A DNA stretch of 58,456 bases, counting the filler, from Bipalium vagum (lineage: Eukaryota): assembly GCA_037834085.1 (NCBI GenBank). It is 3 parts of 3 records of this genome, joined end to end, with 100 filler letters (N's around TTAATTAATTAA, not from the genome) between each part and the next. Parts side by side here need not be neighbours in the genome. Positions count along the whole stretch, not along the records: positions 17,783 to 40,734 come from JBBMKC010215030.1; 2 more parts are not named here. One strand, written 5' to 3'. Below, piece by piece: positions 26,350-37,400 of this stretch (positions are counted from its first letter, which is position 1; each line of letters opens with the position of its first letter). Position numbers and translations under genes: made by a program. The notes under the pieces are model-generated. The model saw only the letters and a program-made list of their open reading frames with translations. It was not told the DNA's origin and did not search any database.

Positions 26350-27110
26350 TATTGATGTTTATACAAGGTCAAAGAAAAGGAGAAAAAAGTTCAATCAAAC
26401 TTTTTTGTCGAGGTTTTCTGTTTATCCATATCAATATCACCTTTCAGTAACTTGACCAATTTAAAGGACTTGATACAGCTTTTTTATATCAAGATTTCTA
26501 CATATGACAAATGTAACATATTCAAAGCTGAATAAGTTGAATTTGAAAAAAATTGTCTTGATCTATATGCAATTAAACGGATCTAAGTAATCAATTTTTC
26601 GTACAGATGTTTGACCAAATCGATATTCATCAGAAACTGATCCACCTTTTTATCTGCTTTTCTTGTGACTTTTGATGCATTATTTCCTGAGCAGCAGATA
26701 CCATAGACGATTCAGACTGGAAGTTAGTTAATAAACTATCCAAAATCATTAAAGAAACAGAAAAAAAACAAATTGGTTTTTAAACGTCTCTTCATTAAGA
26801 AATTGTCAACACCTTTTACGAGTCTAAACATTTTAGGTTAAGCACTCGATTTAGTAGAATCTTCTTTGAAAGTGTTTAAAACTCGTTCGAATTCATTTTC
26901 TTGTGGTGGATCAACTCGTCAGAACTATTCGCAACATGAGCTCTCGGCTATTGTTCCATCACCATAAGTTTTGAAAATCAATGGGGTTGCTTCGATAGAA
27001 ATGTAAGATTGATTAAAAAGGAACATTCAGTGACGAATATGAGTTTGTTCAACATTCATAATTATTGGTCGAAAAAGTCGGCTAGTTTAAATAAATTGAG
27101 GTCTTGCATA
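26350..27110 (-). mobile_element. Highly decayed LINE (CR1/L2-like) reverse-transcriptase C-terminal relic
   Basis: Minus-strand fragments resemble the NKLxLNxxKT and Y.xIVW.S...L...QKKA.R order of motifs, but carry many stops and frameshifts. Confidence 0.3.
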
Positions 27111-28189
27111 TCAATATAATCAATAATGACTTAAGCAAAAATGTTTCATAACAAACCGTATTTGTTATAATAATATTTAAAATGTTAAAAATATGTGAGT
27201 GATGGAAACTTATGCATACCCCTAATAATTACAAATTATGATTTAATTCTTAACAAATGTGCCCTTTTAAATAAAATGTAAAATGATTAATAAAAAGCTA
27301 AATTATTAATTTTAAAAAAATTATATTTTGCACAAATTAAATATTAATAAATTAAAATTATTAAATAAATAATAAAATATTATTATTTAAAAATAATTAA
27401 AATTAATTGAAATTAAAAATTAAAACTAGAAAAAAAAATTATTTTTGAAGGAAAAAAAATTATATCAATAATGAATTTAAGTGATATTTTTGTTCTCAGA
27501 TATTTTTCTCCGTAAATTACTCATAAAAATGGAAAATATATCATTGAAAATGGAAAATGGAAAAAAGGTTTTTTCGGTAATAAATCATGAAAGAAGACAG
27601 TTGAGAAATAATAGGTTTAATTTTTTCTTTTCACAAAATTTATGGAATATATTTTACAGAAGCCGAAAAGAAAGAGAAATAATGAAATTTTTTTTTCAAT
27701 TTAATAAAAATAATGATCGGGTACAATGATAAAATTCAATCGTTTTTAAAAGGGAAACGAGAATATATTTAATACGGAAAGAATTGGTTATCTCGATCTC
27801 TATGATCACTTGGTAGATTCACGAAAGAGTTTTGCAAAATATTTTTCCATCTTCCCTAAAAGGTGGGAATATTTTTTCAAAAGGCAACAATATCAGAATT
27901 TTCCATAGAAATCATCAGTAGATTCTCTGTGTATAATTGCCTATATCAGAATTCTAAAACATTCAAAGAAAAGAGATTCCGGGATAATGTCATTGATTTT
28001 ATTTCCATTAAAGTATTCATTATGAGGTAGACGTCATTTAAGTGGATATCATAATAATAATATTATTATTATTATTTTTATTTTTATTATCAATTCCATT
28101 TTGAACAATTGCATTATTCTATCACAATAGTGGTTACACTAAATGCAATAATTACCTTTTTGCGTTTTTATCATCTTTAGAGCAAGCTG

Positions 28190-28420
28190 TAATCGATAGG
28201 GTTATTAGACAAACAATTGTTTTTGGAACAGCCAAAATAGAGGAGAATTTCTGTTCGAACGATTCTCCCAAACATGAGATCTGTTAATTTGTCTTGATCA
28301 TTAAAATAATTGAGCTACTTTACACGGAGATACATGAGGCTCGGGAATCGGTTGAACGCGCAACGGGAACCGTGTCCCAAATGTCATCACAAACCGATGC
28401 ATGGGAAACAATGTTTTTGT
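28190..28420 (-). mobile_element. hAT C-terminal dimerization-domain remnant
   Basis: Minus strand TVPVARST...(ERSFS degenerate)...NDQDKLTDLM. Confidence 0.5.
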
Positions 28421-29287
28421 CATCTTTAGAGTAGGGATTTTCACTTTGAAAATGGAATTAAAAGAAATGACATCAAAACAATAGTCATATTCGTTTAATT
28501 AGACTTACATCACAAGATGCATTAGCTGGAATTTGAGAAAAGATTTGTTTCTTTTGGCATTGATCAAAAAACTTGAAAGGGAAGCTGTGGCTGCTGGGAT
28601 GAGCAAAATGTCTTTGAAAAGATTATTGGTTTTAATACTTATTCTATTGGAGAATAGAATTAAAAAAAAACCGTTTTCGGTTTTCTCTACGGCTTACAAC
28701 AGATTTTGGGTTGACCTTAATCTCGTTCCTTTTACTTTGGTTATTAATTGAAGATTTTCATTGGATTTTATAGATAATGAAATATTATCAATTTTAATTG
28801 TCACGGATAATTAGCTTGGTTAATTAACTGCTAGGTACATAAGTAATTAAAACAGTAACAATTAATTAAGAAATATCTCTGCAGTAGTCTTTTATAAATT
28901 GTCTTTGGGCGTGAATATTGTCCCATAGCATTGGTTTTTGAACTGCCATAAAGGAGGAAATATTCTGGTCCCTTGTCTGGATAAAGTTAAACTAAGGTTT
29001 GCAATTTTGAATTTTGGTCTTTTGATAATTCTAGATCTCCTTTGAACAATTTCAGTAGAAAAAACAAAAAGAATGTCAGTTCTTCATTATTATTATATCA
29101 TATGCACCTTTATTTTAATCTCAACCAATCATTATTTCATTAATATTTGTTATATAAACTTATTTAGATTAGTTTTTAATTTTTGAACATTTTTTCTCAA
29201 TCTCAAATCCTTAAATAATTGCTTATATTTTTTCATTTGCTAATAATAATCATTAAGTGTACCCGATATGTTTTACTGAAGTAAATA

Positions 29288-30454
29288 CAATGTCGTCCAT
29301 GCATTTGGAGCCGCCCTGTGAAAATGCAAATAAATGTAGATTACTTTTAGAAATATTTTGGTTAAATAAGGCGCGGTTATCGATGGATATTAGGAAATCG
29401 GTTATTTGAAAAATTGAAAGACTCTTGGTCGCAGAGAAAAATCGCAACGTTGCCTAATATTTCACGGCATGCAGTACAATGTAATCAACTCAAGTTTAAA
29501 AACATAAAACATTGAAAATATAAAACGGATTGAAGCGATGAAAACACTTAAATATCGACATACAAAGAATCGCCTAAAATGGTGCAGAGACTATGACAAA
29601 TTACTTCCTTCTTTTTGGAATGAGATCATTTTTACTGAAGAATGAGAGTTAGAACTGTTCTCCTGAAGAAGAAAATACTTTCGTAGACCACAAGGATTCA
29701 GATAAAGTCCAAAATATACCACAAAAAATGTGAAATTCGGATCTAAGAGTTTAATGATTTTGGATGCTATAAATGAAGATGACACCAGAATTCTGATAAG
29801 GTGTCATTGACTCTTTTGTCAATCAGGGCGTATTACAAAAGAAAGAACCACAAACTATATATTAACAGGACGGAGCCCCATGCCATGAATCAAGATTGGT
29901 ACCATCATTCTTGGACAAGTCAACATTATGTCTACTCAGTGATTGGTCGGCTCTGTCACCAGATCTAAATATAATTGAGTCGTTGCGGGCTGATCTGAAA
30001 CCCAGGGTGGCTAGCTGTATACCTACCAATATTGAGACAGCTCCGAGGATTTCGGAGAATCAATGGGCAATGGTTCCAGTTCGTAAAATAAAAAATCTGT
30101 ATGACAGTATGTCAAGAAGGATGAAGGAAGTAACATAAAATAAAAGCATGAATACAAGTTATTAATTATGTTGAAGTAGACTGCTTATTGAAATGCGTAA
30201 CATAGCTGTAAATGTTAATAAAATATGTTTCATTGTCTTACAACATTATATTCAAAATGAATAACAAAATCATGGTTTTGAAAAATTCATTTTTTTACAA
30301 TTGAAAAAATTTTACTTTCAAAATATTTTTGTGGAAGCACGTGCTTTAACATATTTAAATATGGATATATTAAATATTTAAAGTACTTATAATTATATAT
30401 TTCCATCATTTTACGTACTTTACCGGGGTGGCCCTAAACATATGGACGGCATTG
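29288..30454 (+). mobile_element. Tc1 element, internally deleted, TIRs preserved
   Basis: TIRs caatgtcgtccatgcatttggagccgccc and (reverse complement) caatgccgtccatatgtttagggccaccc, with TA on the left. Motifs RLKWC...FWNEIIFTEE, KNVKFGSKSLM, QDGAPCHES and DWSALSPDLNIIE. Confidence 0.9.
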
Positions 30455-31764
30455 TGCATGAATTATCTTAGTGAAAGAAATTGATTATTTTCTAAATATT
30501 TATTTTAATTTCACATTGTGCATTAGTTAAATGTATTAAAATGTAATAAATATAAAAAATATATAATTTATTCAGAAATATTTTTCTAATTTTACATACA
30601 TGAATCAAAAAATACCAAAAATCAACAATACGATGTCAATATTTTCCTCCGAAAATGCAAAATTAATTTATTTATAATATCAAATGGAGACTATGTTGTT
30701 TAAATACAACCTCATTTATAATCTTCTTTTATTCAAACGCAGATTATTTATTCTCATTACTTTTGGGACACACCAAATAAATTAATGTCAGCTTAAATAA
30801 AACGTTATAAATAAATAAATAATGACTGTTTTTATATATATACTATATTTAGCAGCACACCAACTTTTTTGTTTCTGAACTGAAAATTTTACTAAGAACA
30901 GACTCTGGGACTAACTGCGCAAAAAAAAACAGAAAAAAGAATCCAGATAGCAGAGTAATAAGGTTTAATTATTTTGTTTTTCCTAAGATAATTCTTTGAT
31001 TTTCAATTTGTATTTTATTGATTGGAAAGTGATAATTAATTGGTTTCAGACAATCGAGGAGTCATCGTGATATATTGGAATAAACAGTCGTAAAGTTCGT
31101 CAAACATATATAAAGACATTACTTTGGCGATGAATTTTGACAAAATTGATTTGGTCATTGATATTGTGTTATTTATCGATTAAATAGTCTTGAACGTCTG
31201 AGCTTCTTTTTTGTTTTGGGAACCAAACCATCAGATTATTTGAGTCAGATAAATACGCATGATTTATGGTTTTGGCTTACCAATTAGTCTCAGATTACAA
31301 GATTAATAAATACGATCATTATTCAACTGAAATCGTAAAAATCGCCCGCTTATGAAGATTGGAATTGGATTCCATTCCATTTATCATTTTTCTTTCTATC
31401 GATATTGAAGATAAATAAAGAATTAGGTCAACCAAGAATGAAATTAATTCTAAATTTAAAAGTGGAAATTAAAAAGTTTGTCTCGCTGGAAAAAAACAAC
31501 TAATGGTTAAGTGAACTGGAAATTATTTGATGTAATCAGATCACGAAAAACGTTTCCCTGAAACCTGAAGATAATGCATGAACATGATACTTGAATAATT
31601 GAAGTATATTCTATTAATCAAGAAACTGATCAACTCCAAAACAGTAGAAATTCTGCTTGTCTGTCAGTTTTAGACTCATTTCAAATCGAATTCGACTTCT
31701 TCATTTAAACAAACGGATACGTAAAATGGTCTTAGTTGGATGGCAGCCTGTCACATCGTTTGGA

Positions 31765-31771
<7 letters not shown>

Positions 31772-31813
<42 letters not shown>
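31772..31813. repeat. (TTA)n microsatellite
   Basis: Direct reading; source of the poly-Tyr ORF. Confidence 0.95.
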
Positions 31814-31816
<3 letters not shown>

Positions 31817-32030
31817 TATTAATAATATTGTAAATTTAATTGCCAATTTTACGAAAAAGATTTTATTTTGTTTATTCAGTTTTACCTTGATCTATCATAT
31901 ACATAAGCCAACCCATTTTACTTTGTTTACATCGAAAACGGTGATAAAGTAAATGACCTGCATCTTTCTTACAATGTGACTTTGTGAGTAATTCAGCATT
32001 ATTTCTTCATTCTGAAATTCACAAAGGGAT

Positions 32031-32175
32031 ATATTTTGAAGATATTATTAAAACAAATAATAATAATTTAAATATTTAATTAACTCAATGATTATTGGAA
32101 AAAAAATATTTTGAGGATATTATTAAAACAAATAATAATAATAAATAAAATTTGTAATTAACTCATTGATTATTG
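32031..32175. repeat. Two-copy tandem duplication (~75-bp period)
   Basis: atattttga.gatattattaaaacaaataataataat...taattaactca.tgattattg occurs twice. Confidence 0.85.
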
Positions 32176-32956
32176 TGAGTGATGTAATGCCAGAGTAATT
32201 TATTATTAATTGTTATTTATTTATCAATTATAAACAAAAATAATCGATACATGTAAAAATAGAAACCGATACAAAGGAATGCACTTGAAAAAAGTACATT
32301 AATTTTCCGCATTATTATTACTATTATTATTGGTAATAATTAAAATCACAGATTTTATTGTTGACAAATGATTTGTAATTAAAACCATCTTTGTGGAGTT
32401 ACAGATCCAGCGGCACCAAAGTCATTTTACTATTAGAACCAATTAATAGAGTAGAGTAATTGAAAATTAATTATTCACAATTCTTTATTTGAAATGGACA
32501 TAAATATTCATAGAAAAAAATTGATACTGGAAAAACCCGGTAACATTTTTCTAATATCAATAAAAGTAAAATAAAATACAAATTTGTAATTAAAACAAAA
32601 TAATATTCAGTAACTGAAAATTAAGCTGAGATATTCAGGAGTCATTCAACGGCCTGAGCATATCCGCCAACACATTATTTACTGAGAATTAAAACAATCA
32701 CAAAATAATATAATTAATTAATTATAATAAATTAAATGATTGGAAAATCAGTTGAAAGACAATTTTTCTCAGCAATTACAGCGATAGAGTGAACAGCAAA
32801 AGTGGGCAAAAACAATGCCACAACGTTAAATACTCATTAAATACAATTGCAAATAGCCAAAATAAAAATATTAAGTCAGGTAAAACTTTAATCTTTTGAC
32901 CGTGACTGTTCACACTGTCTAATGGCAGTGTGTGTGTGTGTATGACAAATCCGGCT

Positions 32957-32966
32957 CTGATTGGCT
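32957..32966 (-). promoter_or_regulatory. Inverted CCAAT box (NF-Y consensus) upstream of the 5-HT receptor
   Basis: CTGATTGGCT (AGCCAATCAG on the minus strand), ~250 nt before the first candidate ATG and next to a (TG)n run. Confidence 0.4.
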
Positions 32967-33206
32967 GTTTACTATACCACTCTACTCTTTGCATTTGCTA
33001 CGCTGGTTGACCCTGTATTACCAATATTGGATTGAAGCATGAACAGTACATCACACACAACGACAACAACAGCTTTGTGCATTTTTACTAAAGTGTTTTT
33101 GATTTTTTTCTCATTAAGCACGCGCTTTTTTCTATCAAAATTGATAGGAACCATCAAACCGTAACTGCTGTGACAGAATGACAAAGCGTATCCGTCATTT
33201 GTCGTT

Positions 33207-33209
33207 ATG
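33207..33209 (+). CDS. Candidate alternative start codon at the end of an upstream exon (ATG|GTGAGT), spliced in frame to 33328
   Basis: Consensus donor GTGAGT at 33210 and acceptor tcttcctgccttgacAG ending 33327. The phase-0 join gives M-RKLQTKTVTTNNRQFDLST-MWKLL. An in-frame TGA lies upstream at 33171. Confidence 0.5.
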
Positions 33210-33384
33210 GTGAGTGAAAAAAAAAACAACAAAAATCAATCCAAATCCTTCAAATACGATGCCAGTGATGAACATTTGTGAATTTATTGTCAAAACCGTT
33301 TCAAGCCCCATCTTCCTGCCTTGACAGAGAAAATTGCAAACGAAAACTGTAACGACAAATAACCGACAATTTGATTTGAGTACC

Positions 33385-34419
33385 ATGTGGAAATTATTGT
33401 TGATCTTTATTTGTTTTGTCTCACATTCGAACAGTGAAAGTTTGGATTTGGCGTTCAATTGTTCCAACTTTACCATATTTGTCCAAGACAACAATTTGTC
33501 ACGTCTCGCCGTTCCGTTCGAGTGCGTCAAGTATCCGATCGAAGTGGAAGTGATTTTGGGTTTTGTTTTCATTATCATCGTCATTGGAGCTGTCGGTGGA
33601 AATTTTCTTGTCATATTGGCCATAGTACTCGTTAAGAAACTTCATACTCCAAGCAACTGGCTGATATTGAGCTTGGCCTTCAGTGATTTCTTCGTATCGG
33701 TCTTGGTGATGCCCATCGCTGTGTTCAATCAAATGACAAGGTTCCGATGGCCCTTTTCTGAAGTATTCTGTGACATTTACAATTCATGGGACGTGTTGCT
33801 TTGTACATCGAGCATTTTGAATCTTTGTGCCATTTCAATCGACCGTTATCTCGTTATCACTCGACCAATGCAATACGTTGTGCGTCGCACTCCAGCGTTA
33901 ATTGGAGGAATGATTGCCGGAGCTTGGCTCATATCGGCATTGATTAGTATTCCTCCAATGATCGGATGGAAGGAGACATTTGTGCCGGGTAATTGCAGAT
34001 TGACTGAGAATTTGTTTTACCAAATATACGCCACCTTCGGTGCCTTTTACATTCCGTTGATAATAATGCTTGTGTTGTATTATCGCATATTCAAATTGGC
34101 CAGAAACATGGCCCAAGAAGATGCCAAACGAAAACTAGGTACTGGACAAATGACCGATGAAGAACAGACGTCGTTCCCAATTCAGTCAGGAAGGGCTAAT
34201 TCTGGGGGAGAAGACAGGAAACTTCTTCGTTTTGATACTTCACAAAGATTAAGTGGTGGTGGTACCCAAGGTAACGGATGCGATGTGGAAAACTCAACAG
34301 GTGGTAAAGCTGTTATTCGTAAAAAAATCAAATCAAATAGTGAATCGAAGGCCATTACAACTCTCGGAGTTATTATGGGCTGTTTTACATTATGCTGGCT
34401 TCCATTTTTCATTGTTCAG
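33385..34419 (+). CDS. htr7: Serotonin receptor, 5-HT7-like aminergic GPCR; large exon covering N-terminus to TM6
   Basis: GN (TM1), LAFSD (TM2), DVLLCTSSILNLCAISIDRY (TM3 amine-binding Asp and DRY), YQIYATFGAFYIP (TM5, no catechol serines), KAITTLGVIMGCFTLCWLPFF (TM6). Phase-0 donor CAG|GTAAAT at 34419/34420. The first ATG in this exon is 33385; the ORF-track start at 33334 is TTG. Subtype judged by motif resemblance. Confidence 0.9.
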
Positions 34420-37400
34420 GTAAATTTACATTGAATTGTGATCAATATATACTAACATTATGGATCGAAGTCTAACAAGCAAAACTCTTTGCTCCATCAC
34501 ATTTCCAATGTTTAATATTATTAAATTGATCCATCTCTAATGATCAAATTTAATTAATCCAGTTGGAAAAAATTATACCAACTCGAAATTTAATTAATTA
34601 GTCGAAAACTTTAATCCAATTTATTTAATTATGCAACTCCCGTTTGCGTGTGAACATAAAAATATCGTATAATTCGAATTAAAATTCTTTTATTTCTATG
34701 TTGTAAAAATTTTCCTTAATATTTATATTATATATTTTCGTTTCCTTGACGATAAATATATTTTTCTGTCATTCCTCATGGATGTTTTAATATTATTTAA
34801 TTAATTGGGCTGGTCAGAAAATGTGAGATCTTTTCAATGGTCTCTGTGTCTTTTTATGTAGTTTTTTTGCATCATACAATAATTTCTACCGAAAGTGATA
34901 TGTCAAACGAAAGCATTTGTTTTACTGCATCAAATGATTAATTTCAATTTTCGCTTGTTTAAGTTAAAACAGATATGGAAAGTAAAATAATTTCCTCTCT
35001 GTTCCAACAATATCGAGTGAGAATTAATTTTTTAACGATTATATTTTTCATTTTTTTATCTTATTACTACAGACACGTCAGACATTGTTTTAAATAAATC
35101 ATTAATGAGTACTTTTTATGGGAAATTTTGTTTGCTTATGTGTGATGAAACAAATATGCAATTATAATTATTGATTTTTCATTATATAATTTTATATTAT
35201 TTATATTTAATATGAAAAACTTTTTCGGATTATATTATTGAGAGACGAAATGATGTTTTATGTACCAATGGAAAACAACTGAAGATAAATAAAATGTTTT
35301 TCTCGCATTATAATTTTTTCCTTCTTTCCATAATCAATCGTAAAACAAGTATGAGAACAAATATAGCTTGGCTCACCTCAAAACTTTGTTTTAATTTTAT
35401 TAATTACTTTATAATTGCAAATTATAGTCCGTAATTCAGTCTAAGGAAATAGAAAGAGGAGGTAGGAAAAACACCAACAGAAAATTCTGAATTTAAATTT
35501 AAAACATTTTTCTTTTTGAAACGAAATGAGATAAATCTAAATATGCAAGTGACCTATTTCCAATCAATGGAAAATATCTTCCCCCATTCATTTATGACAA
35601 TTGCTATTTTCTATGGCAATTTACGACGTTGGTATTGCATTTATGGAAAATTTTCACCTAACGAAATAGAAAATCGATAGAAAATTAGAATTCAATCTAC
35701 CATTTGACCATTAAATACTCTAACCGGGAATGAAGTTTTTCAATTTTCAAAGGCACTCTCCCTTTGGTATGGCCTATTGTTGGAAATTTTTCTTCATATT
35801 CAACTGTTATTCTATTTCACGTATTTGATGTACACATTTTCCTATTTTTTATTATTAACAGTTTTGTTTTAATAGGCTGAACAAAAATTCTCAATCTTAA
35901 ATTATTTATATTGTCAAATGAAATAATATTTATTTATTATTTTCAAATGAAATTGTTTGAAAATTTTGTCAAAAAATTAAGTAAAATAATAATAATAATA
36001 ATTATTATTAAATTGTAGATATACAATACATACTTCTACAACACACATATTTCTTACAGAAGCATTAATGCATACACGGTGCGAGTGTGCACACACACAC
36101 ACTCGGTATTGCATTTTGTTGACGGTAATTTAAAAGACAAATAAAGATAAATGGCATCATTTAATCATCCAACGTTTAATAAAACAAATCGACAATTTTT
36201 ATAGAATGGTTATGATAGCTGGGAAAATAAATGTCAAACGAAATGAATTATTGATTTAAAATAAAATACAAAAATATCAATATTTGTATTAAGATAAATC
36301 GATCATTTGTGTTGTGTCCTCAAACAAAATGTTCGTTTGTGTACGGTTATGAAAGTTGAAATGTTTGTTTCATAAATATTCGCAAGGTAAAATTATCAGA
36401 GAATGGTGGGACTGGATTTTGATTCGACCATTTTGGAAGTCATTAGAATGAAGGATTCACTGAACCGTGAAAAAGATTGAGAATCGAAATTTTTAATTTT
36501 TTTTGCAACCAGTTCAACTTTTTTCGAATTTTCAATCACAGGAAAACGTTACAGTAGGGAATATAGAAATAAATAAAGTAATTATATTACAAATTGATTA
36601 TTTTTCACAGTGATCGATCGCCACTATACATGATGTAGTCTAAAGATCACTTTATAAAGACATTTCAAAGGTGATGATATGATTTTTTTATTAATATATA
36701 ATTTATTTAATAATATAATCTTAGATGAGCTATTTAATAAAAATAATATATTTCCACTGTATGAACGTCACCGTCAAGCAATTTAAATTGATTTATATTC
36801 GTCCTCTTCATCAGAGTTATCACAAATAAATGTTTGAAAAGTGCTTGTTTAAATTCGATAATTATCTTTTCAATAATAAATTATTGATTGAAATATTTTA
36901 AGCGGACTTTGAAATTGGTTTGAAGTGTTGAATTCTGTTCCTGGGAGATAATATTTTACAATGTCTGACCAGGTTTGCACATAATATTTTAAGATCATTT
37001 TGACATTTCAATTGATGAACATGATTTTTGTCCAAGTCCAATAAAAGTTGTGTTTTTCAGAGATATAAATTAATATTTATTTTTATGAAAAATATTTTTT
37101 ATCATTTTGCGCTATAAATTTTTTCCAGGCGAACAGTTTAAGACATTAACATCGTTTTATTATTTTAGATTAAATAATTTTTTATGATTAAACAATCAAC
37201 ATTCACAGCTGATTATCGTGTTGTTAAATTAAGCGTTTTATTTAAAAAAATATTTTTTTTAATTTTGTCATTTTTAAACTTTTTCAGAAAATTTTTTCAT
37301 CGACAATTTTAAATACTTTGATATCGGTAACTTATTTTTTTCAGATCTCTAAATTTTTTTTGTTTTAATATTTGTTTTATAAATATGTTTTTATATATAA

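Noticed and set aside
31740-31952. Poly-Tyr ORF
   Set aside because: Translation of a (TAT)n microsatellite.
33195-34412. Antisense ORFs over the 5-HT receptor (33195-33623, 33499-33732, 33898-34116, 34182-34412)
   Set aside because: Shadow frames of a GC-richer coding exon with no recognisable domains.
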